64,000 bases of DNA, taken from Candidatus Bathyarchaeia archaeon. GTDB lineage: Archaea; Thermoproteota; CALKCG01; B24. Position 1 is the first letter of the stretch; each line of letters starts with the position of its first letter. The notes under the pieces were generated by a model. The model was not told the origin of the DNA and did no database searches. It saw nothing but the letters and a program-made list of their open reading frames with translations. The stretch lies in assembly GCA_038870975.1 (NCBI GenBank), contig JAVZJD010000002.1, positions 288,001 through 352,000 of the forward strand, in the 5' to 3' direction. Positions 1 to 9,893 of the stretch are shown here, piece after piece. The translations under genes and the position numbers were made by a program.

Positions 1-154
1 TGGATATTACACCACGCTCTATGAGCCCCTTAATATCTTCTCTTGTTATAGCAGACATTACCTCCTCCGACTTAGATGGGTCTATCCAAATTCTATTGAT
101 TCCAACTCCAAGTATTTCAGCAGCCATCCTTCTCTGAACGGTCAAATCCATCAT
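1..154 (-). CDS. rpl19e: 50S ribosomal protein eL19 (5' part, runs off window edge)
   Basis: Manual translation [50 protein letters not shown]; follows rpl32e as expected. Confidence 0.95.
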   Translation of the reverse strand, partial: MMDLTVQRRMAAEILGVGINRIWIDPSKSEEVMSAITREDIKGLIERGVIS

Positions 155-631
155 CTAACCCCCGCTAGATGGGTTTAACACTCGTATATGTAATTCCCTG
201 GCCTTCTCCAATATTGCAAGTCTCTTCTTCCTACCGACGGTGTGAGCTATGCGTGCAGCTTGAGTTGCTGGGTCTAACTTCTCAATGTCTTCTGGATTAT
301 AGACGAGGACTTCCTTAAAACCTGATGGATGTAGATTACGGACAGCTTTAGGCGTACCATAACCAGATTTAACTCTTGCAGGCCAACCTTTTACTTCAAG
401 CCTCATCTTGTTAGAATGGCTCATAGGTGCCCTCCAATTTTCCTTAACTCTAACGAGCCTCCAACTCTCACATCTTGCAAAGTCGGGCCTCTTCAGGTCG
501 AGTCTTACTCTAAGCTTTAAAAGTCTTGCTATTTCAGCGGATAGTTTAGGTTTAATCTTTGCCAACGCCTCCTCAGTTTTCTCGGCAATAACCTCCTCAG
601 AGGATTTTTCTTGGACTTCTTCAGCCGTCAC
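155..631 (-). CDS. rpl32e: 50S ribosomal protein eL32
   Basis: RPDFARCESWR..WRAP..GYGTPKAVRNLHPSGFKEVLVYN motifs; synteny. Confidence 0.95.
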   Translation of the reverse strand: MTAEEVQEKSSEEVIAEKTEEALAKIKPKLSAEIARLLKLRVRLDLKRPDFARCESWRLVRVKENWRAPMSHSNKMRLEVKGWPARVKSGYGTPKAVRNLHPSGFKEVLVYNPEDIEKLDPATQAARIAHTVGRKKRLAILEKARELHIRVLNPSSGG

Positions 632-1167
632 ATCCCCACCTCCCTGTTGTATATGAAGATTCCATCTAAGAAGATTCTAGGATCTCTATCAGTCACTCTA
701 GTGGCATTTTCGATGTTTGCCGCCGTCTGCCCTACTTCTTCAATGTCAATCCCCTTAACTACTACATCGTCCTGTTTGACCTCTACCTTTGCATTTCCAA
801 CTATTTTCGCATATCTTGGTGAACGTTCACCTATAAAGTTTTCAATGACTACATAGTTGCCTTTAACTTTAACGCTCATAGGGAAGTGAGCATACACTAT
901 TTTTAAACGGTATGTAAAGCCCTTTGAAACACCTGTTACCATGTTTCTTATATGAGCGGCTATAGTGCCTACCAGAGCTAGTTTATTTCTTCTAGGTTTT
1001 CCAACAACTTCAACAACAACGCTGTTACCCTCGCTTCTAATAACGATCTGACCCATGGTATGTGAGAAGTCTTTTTGAAGCTCACCTAGAGGCCCCTTAA
1101 CTCTAACTTTCAAGCCGTCTACTTCAACACTGACTCCATCTGGAATTTCAACGATTCTAGAGCTCAA
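628..1167 (-). CDS. rpl6: 50S ribosomal protein uL6
   Basis: VKGPLGEL, YAHFPMSV, ENFIGER, DPRIFLDGIFI motifs. Confidence 0.97.
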   Translation of the reverse strand: MSSRIVEIPDGVSVEVDGLKVRVKGPLGELQKDFSHTMGQIVIRSEGNSVVVEVVGKPRRNKLALVGTIAAHIRNMVTGVSKGFTYRLKIVYAHFPMSVKVKGNYVVIENFIGERSPRYAKIVGNAKVEVKQDDVVVKGIDIEEVGQTAANIENATRVTDRDPRIFLDGIFIYNREVGM

Positions 1168-1186
1168 AAATCTAAACCTCCACGTT

Positions 1187-1588
1187 TCAGTATACGTAGG
1201 CTAGAAGTTTTCCACCAACATGTTTTGCTTCAGCCTCTTTATGAGACAATACTCCTAAAGGAGTTGAAAGAATTAAAATCCCAATGTTTCGAGATGGAAG
1301 AAACATACGTTTATACTCTTCGAACTCCTCAAGTTTAACTGAAAATCTGGGCTTAATAGCTTTACATGCGTTTATATTGCCTAAAAGTTGAATTCTAAAT
1401 TTACCCCCTCTTCCATCGTCTATGAGTTCGAATTCGCCTATATATCCGTGAGACTGCATAACTCTCAAAACGTTGCCTATTAACTTAGAAGCAGGGTATA
1501 CTATACACTCCTTATTCCGCCTAGCTTCACTGTTTGCGATTATTGCAAGAGCATTTGCAAGGGTATCATTCATAACCATGATGCCCAC
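1187..1588 (-). CDS. rps8: 30S ribosomal protein uS8
   Basis: [46 protein letters not shown]. Confidence 0.97.
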   Translation of the reverse strand: MGIMVMNDTLANALAIIANSEARRNKECIVYPASKLIGNVLRVMQSHGYIGEFELIDDGRGGKFRIQLLGNINACKAIKPRFSVKLEEFEEYKRMFLPSRNIGILILSTPLGVLSHKEAEAKHVGGKLLAYVY

Positions 1589-1590
1589 CT

Positions 1591-1755
1591 TTAACTGTAC
1601 TTCTTAAAACCTAGCTTAGGAGCAACCTCTCTGAAACATTGACGACATAGCGAAAGCCCATACTGATGTATAATTGGACCGTATGAGCCACACCTAGAGC
1701 AGGGTTTAGAACCCTTACCGAATTTTCGTTCTTTCTTAGGCTTCTGTTTAGCCAT
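1591..1755 (-). CDS. rps14: 30S ribosomal protein uS14 (Zn-binding)
   Basis: Below ORF-track cutoff; manual translation [54 protein letters not shown]. Confidence 0.96.
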   Translation of the reverse strand: MAKQKPKKERKFGKGSKPCSRCGSYGPIIHQYGLSLCRQCFREVAPKLGFKKYS

Positions 1756-2270
1756 CATAACACCTCCACACCTAACGTCTCCTTAACGAATGCTATAGAC
1801 TCTTCTTTTGTAAGTCTATGTTTCTTTCCGATGCTACTACGCTTCCATTTTTTTCTAGCTACTCTATAGCCTGGTCTCTCTATATTTACACATACGTCCA
1901 TACCTATTATACCCAGCGCGGGATCATAGGTTGTATTAGGAAGATCCAAATGACTTTTTAATCCTATTGAGAAGTTTCCATATTCATTAAAGCGACTCGA
2001 AGGTATTCTATAGCCTACTGCGTCGAGAACCCTCTTTAGGAATTCCATAGCCTTGCTTCCTCTCAAAGTCACTTTAGCAGCTATCGGTTCACCCTTATGT
2101 ATATTGAAGTCCCTGATTGTTCTTTTTGCTCTGCATATGCACGGTTTCCCGTTAGTTATCGATTCAAGAATTTTTAAAGCCTTTTCAAGTTGTTCACCAC
2201 TTTTTCCAACGCAAGTGTTCACGGTAACTTTGGTTATTCTAGGTTTAAGCATAGGGTTAGCATGGCTCAA
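1755..2270 (-). CDS. rpl5: 50S ribosomal protein uL5
   Basis: [38 protein letters not shown]; likely TTG start at 2270 after GGAGG. Confidence 0.96.
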   Translation of the reverse strand: MSHANPMLKPRITKVTVNTCVGKSGEQLEKALKILESITNGKPCICRAKRTIRDFNIHKGEPIAAKVTLRGSKAMEFLKRVLDAVGYRIPSSRFNEYGNFSIGLKSHLDLPNTTYDPALGIIGMDVCVNIERPGYRVARKKWKRSSIGKKHRLTKEESIAFVKETLGVEVL

Positions 2271-2274
2271 AATT

Positions 2275-3033
2275 TCAACCTCCGGGTAGAGAGATGCATG
2301 GCTTATCATATCCAATTGGGAAAATGTAGTCGAGAATAGTGGAGATTTTTAAACCGTTTCCAACTTCTACAATAGCGAATGCATCGGAAGTTAAAGACCC
2401 TGGCACTACTTCAACAAGCCTACCCCACTGACCGATGTTACGGCCACCAGTAATAAGGACACATATTTCTTTTTCAAGTTTAAAGTGTTCTAAGATGACG
2501 GGTTTGTAAAGATCCATCTTTAAAACATCATGAACTCTAAACTGATCTTCAACGGGGTTTTTTGGGTCTGAAATCCGTATCATCAAATTATAACCATCAT
2601 GCATGTTGAGTTGAATATGCCCACCTCTTAATGAAGTTTTACCTACTATTTTACGAAGCTTAAACTGTGCCTCTTCAAGCGGAATCGGATGTGGAAGTAA
2701 CCCCTTGCTTGAGGGAAGTATACGGTAGTATTTGTCTAACTTTTCTACGTATACCACATCCATAAGACCAATTGGAAAACCACGGTCTCGGATAGTCCTA
2801 CCGTCGACTTTAACATACCCCCTACTCAGGATAAATTTAACCTCTTTCGATTTATGAGCCAAATTGAGATAATCCCTTAGCAGTATTTGAAGAGGAATAC
2901 AATCATCTATTGCATGAGGCCCAGGACTAGGCTTAACAACCCATTTAAAAGTCTTCCTAGGTATATTCCAAGACTCAGGTGCTGCCAAGCGCTTTAAATG
3001 CTTTGAGCCGCTAATCTTTCCCAATGTGAACAC
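2275..3033 (-). CDS. rps4e: 30S ribosomal protein eS4
   Basis: KHLKRLAAPESWNIPRK..KPSPGPH..FPIGLMDVV. Confidence 0.97.
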   Translation of the reverse strand: MFTLGKISGSKHLKRLAAPESWNIPRKTFKWVVKPSPGPHAIDDCIPLQILLRDYLNLAHKSKEVKFILSRGYVKVDGRTIRDRGFPIGLMDVVYVEKLDKYYRILPSSKGLLPHPIPLEEAQFKLRKIVGKTSLRGGHIQLNMHDGYNLMIRISDPKNPVEDQFRVHDVLKMDLYKPVILEHFKLEKEICVLITGGRNIGQWGRLVEVVPGSLTSDAFAIVEVGNGLKISTILDYIFPIGYDKPCISLPGG

Positions 3034-3035
3034 CT

Positions 3036-3425
3036 CTATGTTTTTACCACCTCAGGTGTTTGCACCTTGATTTTTCGTTCTAATGCTTCAACTCTCCTCT
3101 TATCATCTAAATTAAGCTTTGTTATTACAACTTTAGAGGGGTGTAGAGGTATAAGGACTTTTGAACCGTCAACCTTCTCCCGAGTAACACCTTCCACGTA
3201 GATACGCATCTTCTTACGATCTATCCTTAAAATAGCGCCTGAGAAACCCTTAAAATCACCTCTGACGACTTTAACCGTGTCTCCTCTACGTATCGGAAAC
3301 GACCTACGTTTATACTTCTCTCTAAGCTCATCTGATAAGTGAGCGGAAAGTATTTTAACCATAACATGCTTAGGAGCGTTAAAGAGTTTACGCCTTTGCT
3401 TTCTAGGCTGTTTAGACATAATCAA
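3036..3425 (-). CDS. rpl24: 50S ribosomal protein uL24
   Basis: SKQPRKQRRKLFNAP..RRGDTVKVVRG..HPSKVVITKL. Confidence 0.97.
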   Translation of the reverse strand: MIMSKQPRKQRRKLFNAPKHVMVKILSAHLSDELREKYKRRSFPIRRGDTVKVVRGDFKGFSGAILRIDRKKMRIYVEGVTREKVDGSKVLIPLHPSKVVITKLNLDDKRRVEALERKIKVQTPEVVKT

Positions 3426-3431
3426 TTCCTC

Positions 3432-3890
3432 CTACACGATCATACTGGCTAACGCTGCAATTCTAGGCCATCTTTCAGCAGCCTCCATTGCAACAGAGCC
3501 CCTTATCTCAGTACCCCGTAGATCTCCCTCGGGAGTTAAGAGAACCGCTGCATTATCTTCAAAACATATCCAGGTTCCATCGGCTCTCCTATAGGGCTTC
3601 TTCTGGCGAACTATGACAGCGTGCATGACCTGCCCTTTCAATTCGGCTATACCTCTTCTAACACTTACAACAACCATGTCTCCTACGGCTGCCGAGGGAA
3701 ATCGCTTAAGTCTACCCTTATACCCTATTACTCCAATGAGCTTAAGAAGCTTAGCTCCAGTATTATCAGTACACTCTAAGTATGCACCCACCGGTAGACA
3801 ACGCGGTATGTGAGGTTTATACTCTACAACCGCTACAGCTGATACAGCTCTGGTTTTAGGTCCACCCTTTGGAGGCTCTCTGCGAGACAA
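3432..3890 (-). CDS. rpl14: 50S ribosomal protein uL14
   Basis: DNTGAK..AAVGDMVVVSV..FEDNAAV..EAAERWPRIA. Confidence 0.97.
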   Translation of the reverse strand: MSRREPPKGGPKTRAVSAVAVVEYKPHIPRCLPVGAYLECTDNTGAKLLKLIGVIGYKGRLKRFPSAAVGDMVVVSVRRGIAELKGQVMHAVIVRQKKPYRRADGTWICFEDNAAVLLTPEGDLRGTEIRGSVAMEAAERWPRIAALASMIV

Positions 3891-3892
3891 TT

Positions 3893-4198
3893 TTACTCAC
3901 CCTTCAATTTTTCAACAACTACGAAATGCACGGTCTTGCTTATAGGTCTGCATTCAACAATGCGAACTCTATCGCCCTCTTTAACAGTTAAGCATGGTGG
4001 GCAGTGTGCGGGTATTCGGCTTCTCCTACGTTCATACCTTCGATATTTTGAGATATAATGGAAGTATTCTCTAACGACAATTACAGTGTTTTTAGCTTTA
4101 GCACTAGCGACCGTTCCTTCGAAAACCTGCCCTCTTAGAGACAGGATTCCATGAAAGGGACAGTTTTTATCTCCACAGTTGACCTCAGTCAAAATCAA
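3893..4198 (-). CDS. rps17: 30S ribosomal protein uS17
   Basis: [33 protein letters not shown]. Confidence 0.97.
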   Translation of the reverse strand: MILTEVNCGDKNCPFHGILSLRGQVFEGTVASAKAKNTVIVVREYFHYISKYRRYERRRSRIPAHCPPCLTVKEGDRVRIVECRPISKTVHFVVVEKLKGE

Positions 4199-4199
4199 A

Positions 4200-4469
4200 T
4201 CACCTCTTAACCCTATCTTCTGGTCTTCCTACGAGTTTTATGCCATCTACTTCGACTTTAACACCGTTGCTAAGCGTAAATACGAATTTACATACGGCTT
4301 TTGGAATAGCTTTGATACGGAGACCAGATTCAATGTAAAGCATGTTTCTAGTCTCGTCCACAACTTCACCCTCTATACATACGTATGATTTACACGGAGA
4401 TTTTTCAACGTGAACATTGAGCCCTATAAGCTCATGCTTCAAAATGTTGAATGGAGTGATCGGGTTCAT
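4200..4469 (-). CDS. rnp1: Ribonuclease P protein component 1 (Rpp29/POP4)
   Basis: [23 protein letters not shown]; canonical position between uL29 and uS17. Confidence 0.94.
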   Translation of the reverse strand: MNPITPFNILKHELIGLNVHVEKSPCKSYVCIEGEVVDETRNMLYIESGLRIKAIPKAVCKFVFTLSNGVKVEVDGIKLVGRPEDRVKR

Positions 4470-4690
4470 TTAGACACCGCCTTACGAAGCTTAAGCTCTT
4501 CTTCTCTTTGAACCGTTAAAATACGGGCAATAGTTCGTTTTATCTCTCTTACTCTGGAGTAGTTTTCAATAGTTCCACCAGCTTTAATAATGGCATTAAG
4601 CTTCATTAGCTCCATCTTCAGCTCGATAAGACGACGGGCTCTATCTTCAGGGCTCATAGACCTTATTTCACTCACTCTGAGGATTGGCAT
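4466..4690 (-). CDS. rpl29: 50S ribosomal protein uL29
   Basis: ILRVSEIRSMS..EIKRTIARILTV; ATG overlaps rps3 stop (TGATG). Confidence 0.95.
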   Translation of the reverse strand: MPILRVSEIRSMSPEDRARRLIELKMELMKLNAIIKAGGTIENYSRVREIKRTIARILTVQREEELKLRKAVSK

Positions 4691-5346
4691 CAACCACCAC
4701 CTTCTTCAGCCTCTTCCTCAGCTCCTTCCTCAAATTCAACCTTCTGAGTTGATTCTTTTAGTGAAATCTTGTCTGGAAATTCTACACCAGGTGGTAAAAT
4801 CGTAACTTTTATCCCAAATAATCCAGGTTTAAGAAGTAGAGGATATACGGCTGACTTCACATATTTCATAGCTGGGTCTCCAGATTTAGGAAGATATCCA
4901 ACCTTGTACTTTTCAAACCTAGACCTTTCAGATGTAAGCTTACCACTTATCTTAACCTCTGCACCTAATGCTCCCGCTTTCATAATACGCTCTAAAGCCC
5001 AGAAAGCAGCTCTCCGAAAATGTATACCCTTCTGCATGGCTAAAGCTATCCTACTAGCCATTATAAATGGGTTAAGCTCTGGAACAGGTATATCGGTTAC
5101 AGCAATCTGTGGGTTATAAATGTTGAATTTATCTTGAAGTTCTTTACTTAGGGCTTTGATTATCTCTCCACCTCTTCCTATGACGAGACCGGGTCTTAAA
5201 GCGTAAATTGTAATTCTAACACCTAGAGGTGTTTTCGATATCTCAGCACCTCCATAGCCAGCATCTTTCAACTGCTCCATTAGAAATTCATCTAGCTTAA
5301 ACATATCCATATATTGTTTTATGAAGTGTTTTCTAATCGCAGACAT
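4690..5346 (-). CDS. rps3: 30S ribosomal protein uS3
   Basis: AGYGG..KTPLG..RPGLVIGRGG (KH)..GAEVKISGKL. Confidence 0.97.
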   Translation of the reverse strand: MSAIRKHFIKQYMDMFKLDEFLMEQLKDAGYGGAEISKTPLGVRITIYALRPGLVIGRGGEIIKALSKELQDKFNIYNPQIAVTDIPVPELNPFIMASRIALAMQKGIHFRRAAFWALERIMKAGALGAEVKISGKLTSERSRFEKYKVGYLPKSGDPAMKYVKSAVYPLLLKPGLFGIKVTILPPGVEFPDKISLKESTQKVEFEEGAEEEAEEGGG

Positions 5347-5638
5347 CCACAGCACCAAGTAGATTTAATCGTGTAAAGCTGGCTAATCTTAGATTAGACG
5401 ACTTATTAATAAGGTTTACGAAAAATTGCCTCGGCAGTTTTTCGAATTTAGATAGTTTTAATGCTCAAGAGGTATTTCATCATCCTGTTAAACCGTTCTC
5501 CATAGAGCCAGTAGGATAAACCATCCTATGTAGAAGCTTATAAGCTTAGAATTGAATGATTAAAAACCCTTAGCGATACGGTGGATGTCTATCTCATGCA
5601 GTAGATGGATACTTAAATAGATAAGATTCGGTGAAATA

Positions 5639-6100
5639 CTAAAGCTCTGCTAAAGCTATTTCAATATGGGTTAAAACTCTAAAGTTGGGAGTCGCACGAG
5701 CGAAGGCTCTAGGGGTGTAGCGTTTAAGTATGGTGCCTTTTTGAGCGGCTGCATGTATAACTTTAAGGTTCTCGACGCTTAATCCTTTATACTCAGCGTT
5801 AGCTTCAGCATTCTCTAAAACTTTGAGAATAGCTTTACACGTCTTAACAGGATACCTACCTGCATACCACTTTTGTAAATCTCTTCTATGTGGAACTTTC
5901 TTCTTGTGACGCCTGTAGGGGATACTCCTTTTGAGGTTGATCACATCTTCTAGAAGACGTTTCGCATCGTCAAGGGATAATCCCCTTATAGCTTTACAAA
6001 CCTCTACGGCGGCTTTATGGGAAATCCTCAAATCTCTACCGGAGGCTAGGACAGTTTTCTCAGGGTCTAAGTCCTTTACCGAATATCTCCAATTCGGCAT
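5639..6100 (-). CDS. rpl22: 50S ribosomal protein uL22
   Basis: LRISHKAAVEVC..AGRYPVK..NAEANAEYKGL..PRAFARAT. Confidence 0.96.
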   Translation of the reverse strand: MPNWRYSVKDLDPEKTVLASGRDLRISHKAAVEVCKAIRGLSLDDAKRLLEDVINLKRSIPYRRHKKKVPHRRDLQKWYAGRYPVKTCKAILKVLENAEANAEYKGLSVENLKVIHAAAQKGTILKRYTPRAFARATPNFRVLTHIEIALAEL

Positions 6101-6191
6101 TTTTATTCACCCATGTGGTTTAATATCAAGTCTTTAAACATCACGGGTTATAAAGTTTGCTGATGAGCTTTTGATTTATCCTAGATGGATA

Positions 6192-6449
6192 CTATTCGTA
6201 TGTTACAGGCTCCATGTATGCGCTTAGTTTTCCTATTATTCTCTTAAAAAGTCTTATTGTTATAAGTCTCCATAAAGTCAGCCATAGGAGAAACATTACA
6301 ACAGCCATTAAAACTTCAAATACATTTATAAATATAGAGCCGTTAAACTGCCTCGTGTAGTTTACTAGGATGGATAGTAGATAAAAACCGATTAAAATAC
6401 TAAACCAAGCGATAAACAGGTTCATGTAAATCCAGTAAGTATCCCTCAA
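6192..6449 (-). CDS. Small two-TM membrane protein, unknown function
   Basis: Two hydrophobic segments; 3 nt downstream of the GPT gene. Confidence 0.6.
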   Translation of the reverse strand: MRDTYWIYMNLFIAWFSILIGFYLLSILVNYTRQFNGSIFINVFEVLMAVVMFLLWLTLWRLITIRLFKRIIGKLSAYMEPVTYE

Positions 6450-6452
6450 GTT

Positions 6453-7445
6453 TTAACCACCCGGTTGCAAAATTAGAGCTGTTACCAGACTTAATATGGA
6501 TGAAAACAACGTCAAAGCTAAAAATTCATTGGCGATTTCACTCTCATGTTTAGCAGAACCTGCTAGTATCATCCTTACAAGCGTCAGCGGAGCTCTTTGG
6601 TCTTTAACAGCTTCTATCAGTCCGTTTTCTAAAGGCCTAGTGGGTCTTACCGTAATGGCTTTCTTCCCTTTAAATCCGCCACCAGTAGAAAGTATCATAT
6701 AGGAATTTAAAATCTGAGGAAGCATAGCTACGACTCCTACTACCTCTAAGCCATTTGTAACAACAAAGCTTCCAATTGCGGCACCAACGGCGAAGCTCCC
6801 TACATTTCCAGAGAATACTCTAGCTGGGTATCTATTATAGAAGTAGAATGCTAAAGTCGCTCCTAAAAGGGCTAAACCAACAAGAGACGCTGAGTATTTC
6901 CCAGTTAATGCGTATGCAACAGTCAATGAGGCTAAAATTATTGAGGCTGAACCACTCATAGCCCCGTTGACGGGGTCTGACATATTCATGGCGTTTGATG
7001 TTACACTGAGGGCGAGCGGTATGGCTAACGGATAGGCTATGGTAAGTCTAACTCTACCGATAAATGGTATCATGGGTCTAGGATTGTAAGCCCTTAAGAA
7101 GATTATTGGAATGCCGCTCAGCGTCGCTAGAAGCACTTTACAGAGGGGGGATAAATCTCTAAAATCATCCAGTAATCCAACAAGTGAAGCTATCGCTATA
7201 GAGGCGAGGATTGCTAGACAGGTATTGCTCAACTCAGGTATGGTTAGAAAAAGAAAAACTAAAGATGTAAAGAACCCGATTAACATAGATACCCCAACCA
7301 TTTCTGGAACATTAGGCTTATTGGGCTTATGTACATCAATGCCTATAATACCTTTACCGTTCATGAATAACGCTATTCTTGGAATGGATATTAATGTCGT
7401 CAAAAAGCTTATTGCAAAAACCACTAGTGCGTTTATAATTAACAA
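6453..7445 (-). CDS. UDP-GlcNAc:polyprenyl-phosphate GlcNAc-1-P transferase (AglH/GPT, MraY family)
   Basis: GIDVHKPNKP, GLLDD, NAMNMSDPVNG, NRYPARVFSG motifs; multi-TM. Confidence 0.88.
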   Translation of the reverse strand: MLIINALVVFAISFLTTLISIPRIALFMNGKGIIGIDVHKPNKPNVPEMVGVSMLIGFFTSLVFLFLTIPELSNTCLAILASIAIASLVGLLDDFRDLSPLCKVLLATLSGIPIIFLRAYNPRPMIPFIGRVRLTIAYPLAIPLALSVTSNAMNMSDPVNGAMSGSASIILASLTVAYALTGKYSASLVGLALLGATLAFYFYNRYPARVFSGNVGSFAVGAAIGSFVVTNGLEVVGVVAMLPQILNSYMILSTGGGFKGKKAITVRPTRPLENGLIEAVKDQRAPLTLVRMILAGSAKHESEIANEFLALTLFSSILSLVTALILQPGG

Positions 7446-7744
7446 GTAATCATCCCCATAGTGTATGAGAAGTGTGATTGTTTTATTTAAACTGTTTATT
7501 CAAAAATCCATCATAACAGTTTTTGAATAGTCTACTTTAAGGAGGAGTTGAATCTCTATACAAGCTTACTTCTCGGCTTTCCTTCAGGAATGCTTAAGCT
7601 GTTTGTTTAAAGTTTAGAGTAGAATCATACAATGTTCTTACCTCTTCTGAAGTATAAAGGTGCAAGTGGATTTGGAAATAGTTGAAGCTTTAAACATAAA
7701 GTTTATTAGATGAAGCTTTTGAATCTAGCCTTTGGTAGAGGGCT

Positions 7745-8287
7745 ATGGTCAGCTTAGCGCCCTTTGTGGCTTCTCCTCCAGAAGTCGTTCGTGCAATGCT
7801 TGAATTGGCTCAAGTTACTAAGGATGATGTTGTATGCGACATGGGTTGTGGTGATGGACGTATTTTATTTATGGCAGTTTCAGAATTTGGAGCGAAGAAG
7901 GCTGTGGGTTATGAAATTAGAAGGGACCTGTACAATATGGTGCTAGACAAGATCCTCACCGAAGAATTATCCGATAGGATAGTTGTCTATAATAGAGACT
8001 GTATAACAGCAGACCTTTCAGAAGTCACTGTGATAACCCTTTATCTCACAACTTCTGGCAACGATAGACTTAGACCTAAGTTTGAAAAAGAGGCCAAACC
8101 AGGCACTAGAATAGTCAGCCACGACTTTAGTATAACAGGTTGGAAAGCGGCTAAAATCGAGAGATTTGGTGGACATACGCTGTACCTCTACGTAGTTCCA
8201 GACGCATTTCAAGGTAAGGCTTACGAGAGTGAGGCTAAAGAGAGGAAGAGTACGCGAAGCTTCTGGCCATTTGGAAGGGACTGGTAA
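7745..8287 (+). CDS. SAM-dependent protein-lysine methyltransferase (aKMT/FAM173-like)
   Basis: APFVASPPEVVRAML, DMGCGDGR (motif I), VITLYL, PGTRIVSHDF. Confidence 0.85.
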   Translation: MVSLAPFVASPPEVVRAMLELAQVTKDDVVCDMGCGDGRILFMAVSEFGAKKAVGYEIRRDLYNMVLDKILTEELSDRIVVYNRDCITADLSEVTVITLYLTTSGNDRLRPKFEKEAKPGTRIVSHDFSITGWKAAKIERFGGHTLYLYVVPDAFQGKAYESEAKERKSTRSFWPFGRDW

Positions 8288-8290
8288 ATT

Positions 8291-8974
8291 GTGAACATTC
8301 GATTGAGCTGGTTAGATTTAACTTCGAAGTTTGAAAACCTCATACTGTTATACGTGGGTGCTGAAGCAGAAGTTTATAGGGCTAAATGGTATGGAATAGA
8401 TGTGGTAGTTAAACGTAGAATCCCTAAGTCGTATAGAATTGAAAAGTTGGATGAAGAAATAAGGTCTAAGAGGACTGCGCGTGAAGCTAAAATACTACAT
8501 TATGCAAAAAAAGCTGGAGTACCTACACCCACAGTATACTTCTTAGATCTTGCAAATTCTACAATAGTTATGAGTTTTATCGAAGGAATGAGAATCAGAG
8601 AAATATTGAGTAAACTCAACGTGGAGGAACGCGTTAGAAACGTTGAAATTGTAGGGGTATACACAGGTAAACTTCACGAGGCTGGAATACAGCATGGTGA
8701 TTTAACCACTTCCAACATGATTCTAACAGGAGATGGAAGGATATTCCTACTAGACTTTGGCTTAAGCACATTTACAAATGATGTTGAAGATATGGCTATA
8801 GATATTATTCTATTCCGGAGAGCCTTATTGAGTACACACTTCATGTTTGCAGAAGAATGCTTTAAAGCATTCCTCAAAGGTTATGCAAGCGTCAGAGGTA
8901 TAGATGTAACTGAGAAAACCTTGGGAAAAGTCAGAGAAGTGGAAAGGAGAGGGCGTTACATCATTAGGAGCTAG
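8291..8974 (+). CDS. bud32: KEOPS complex kinase Bud32
   Basis: GAEAEVY, KRRIPKSYR..LD, RTAREA, HGDLTTSN, DFGL. Confidence 0.95.
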   Translation: MNIRLSWLDLTSKFENLILLYVGAEAEVYRAKWYGIDVVVKRRIPKSYRIEKLDEEIRSKRTAREAKILHYAKKAGVPTPTVYFLDLANSTIVMSFIEGMRIREILSKLNVEERVRNVEIVGVYTGKLHEAGIQHGDLTTSNMILTGDGRIFLLDFGLSTFTNDVEDMAIDIILFRRALLSTHFMFAEECFKAFLKGYASVRGIDVTEKTLGKVREVERRGRYIIRS

Positions 8975-9893
8975 GTTGCGCTTCCAATCTTACAAATGCC
9001 CTGAATACTTTTGAAGACCTACCGATGGTTAACTCTACGATATCGCCAACCCGCTTACCCCGTAGAGACTTAGTTATATCGCCCATAGATGAAATATTGA
9101 ATTCGTCAATACTTAAAATGACATCTCCAGGTCTAATTCCAGCCTTAAACGCAGGACTATTTTCAAATACACTCACAACTAAAACCCCTCTCATGAACGA
9201 TATGCCATAGTAGGATGCTATTGCCCTATTAAGGTCTATGCCAGCTATGCCGATCCATGGTCTAGCAAGGCCGTAGAGCCGTATGTCTTCAAAGATCCTT
9301 CTGACAGTATCTGCTGGCACTGCGAAACCTATGCCTTGAGCAAATGGTACGATAGCTGTACTCATACCGACCATTTCAGCCTTCATGTTGATTAGAGGAC
9401 CTCCGCTATTACCTGGATTTATAGCTGCATCGGTCTGAATAATACGGCTCATTACGCCTATAGGGGTTTGTAGTGTACGGTTCAATGCACTTATAACACC
9501 TATTGTAACCGTAGGACCTCCAGGAAGCCCCAATGGGTTACCAATAGCAACTACAAGTTGACCGACTTTAAGATCTTCGTAGTTACAGAATTTGATTGGT
9601 TTCAAATTTGAGGCGTTTACTTTTAGAATGGCCACATCCATCAGTCTATCTACGCCTATGAGTAATGCCTCAAACCTCTCGCCTGTATATAGTGTTACCT
9701 CTATCTGTTCGGCTCCTTCTACAACATGGTAACTAGTGGCTATGTAGCCGTTTTCATCTATTATCGTCCCTGAGCCTACACCTTTTACGGGTGTAGCTTG
9801 AAGGAGCAGGTCTCTACGTAATGCTATTGTACTGACGTTTACAACACTTGGAAGGGCTTCGTCTACGACTTTAACTATTCTTTCTTCTTCCAT
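8964..9893 (-). CDS. HtrA/DegP-family serine protease with PDZ domain, no signal peptide
   Basis: GSG..SYHVV, DVAIL, IQTDAAINPGNSGGPL, C-terminal PDZ (SPAFKAGIRPGDVI). Confidence 0.93.
   Translation of the reverse strand: MEEERIVKVVDEALPSVVNVSTIALRRDLLLQATPVKGVGSGTIIDENGYIATSYHVVEGAEQIEVTLYTGERFEALLIGVDRLMDVAILKVNASNLKPIKFCNYEDLKVGQLVVAIGNPLGLPGGPTVTIGVISALNRTLQTPIGVMSRIIQTDAAINPGNSGGPLINMKAEMVGMSTAIVPFAQGIGFAVPADTVRRIFEDIRLYGLARPWIGIAGIDLNRAIASYYGISFMRGVLVVSVFENSPAFKAGIRPGDVILSIDEFNISSMGDITKSLRGKRVGDIVELTIGRSSKVFRAFVRLEAQPSS

Noticed and set aside
7497-7529. Inverted repeat TATTCAAAAA..TTTTTGAATA in a divergent spacer
   Set aside because: A/T-rich, so it could arise by chance; no independent support
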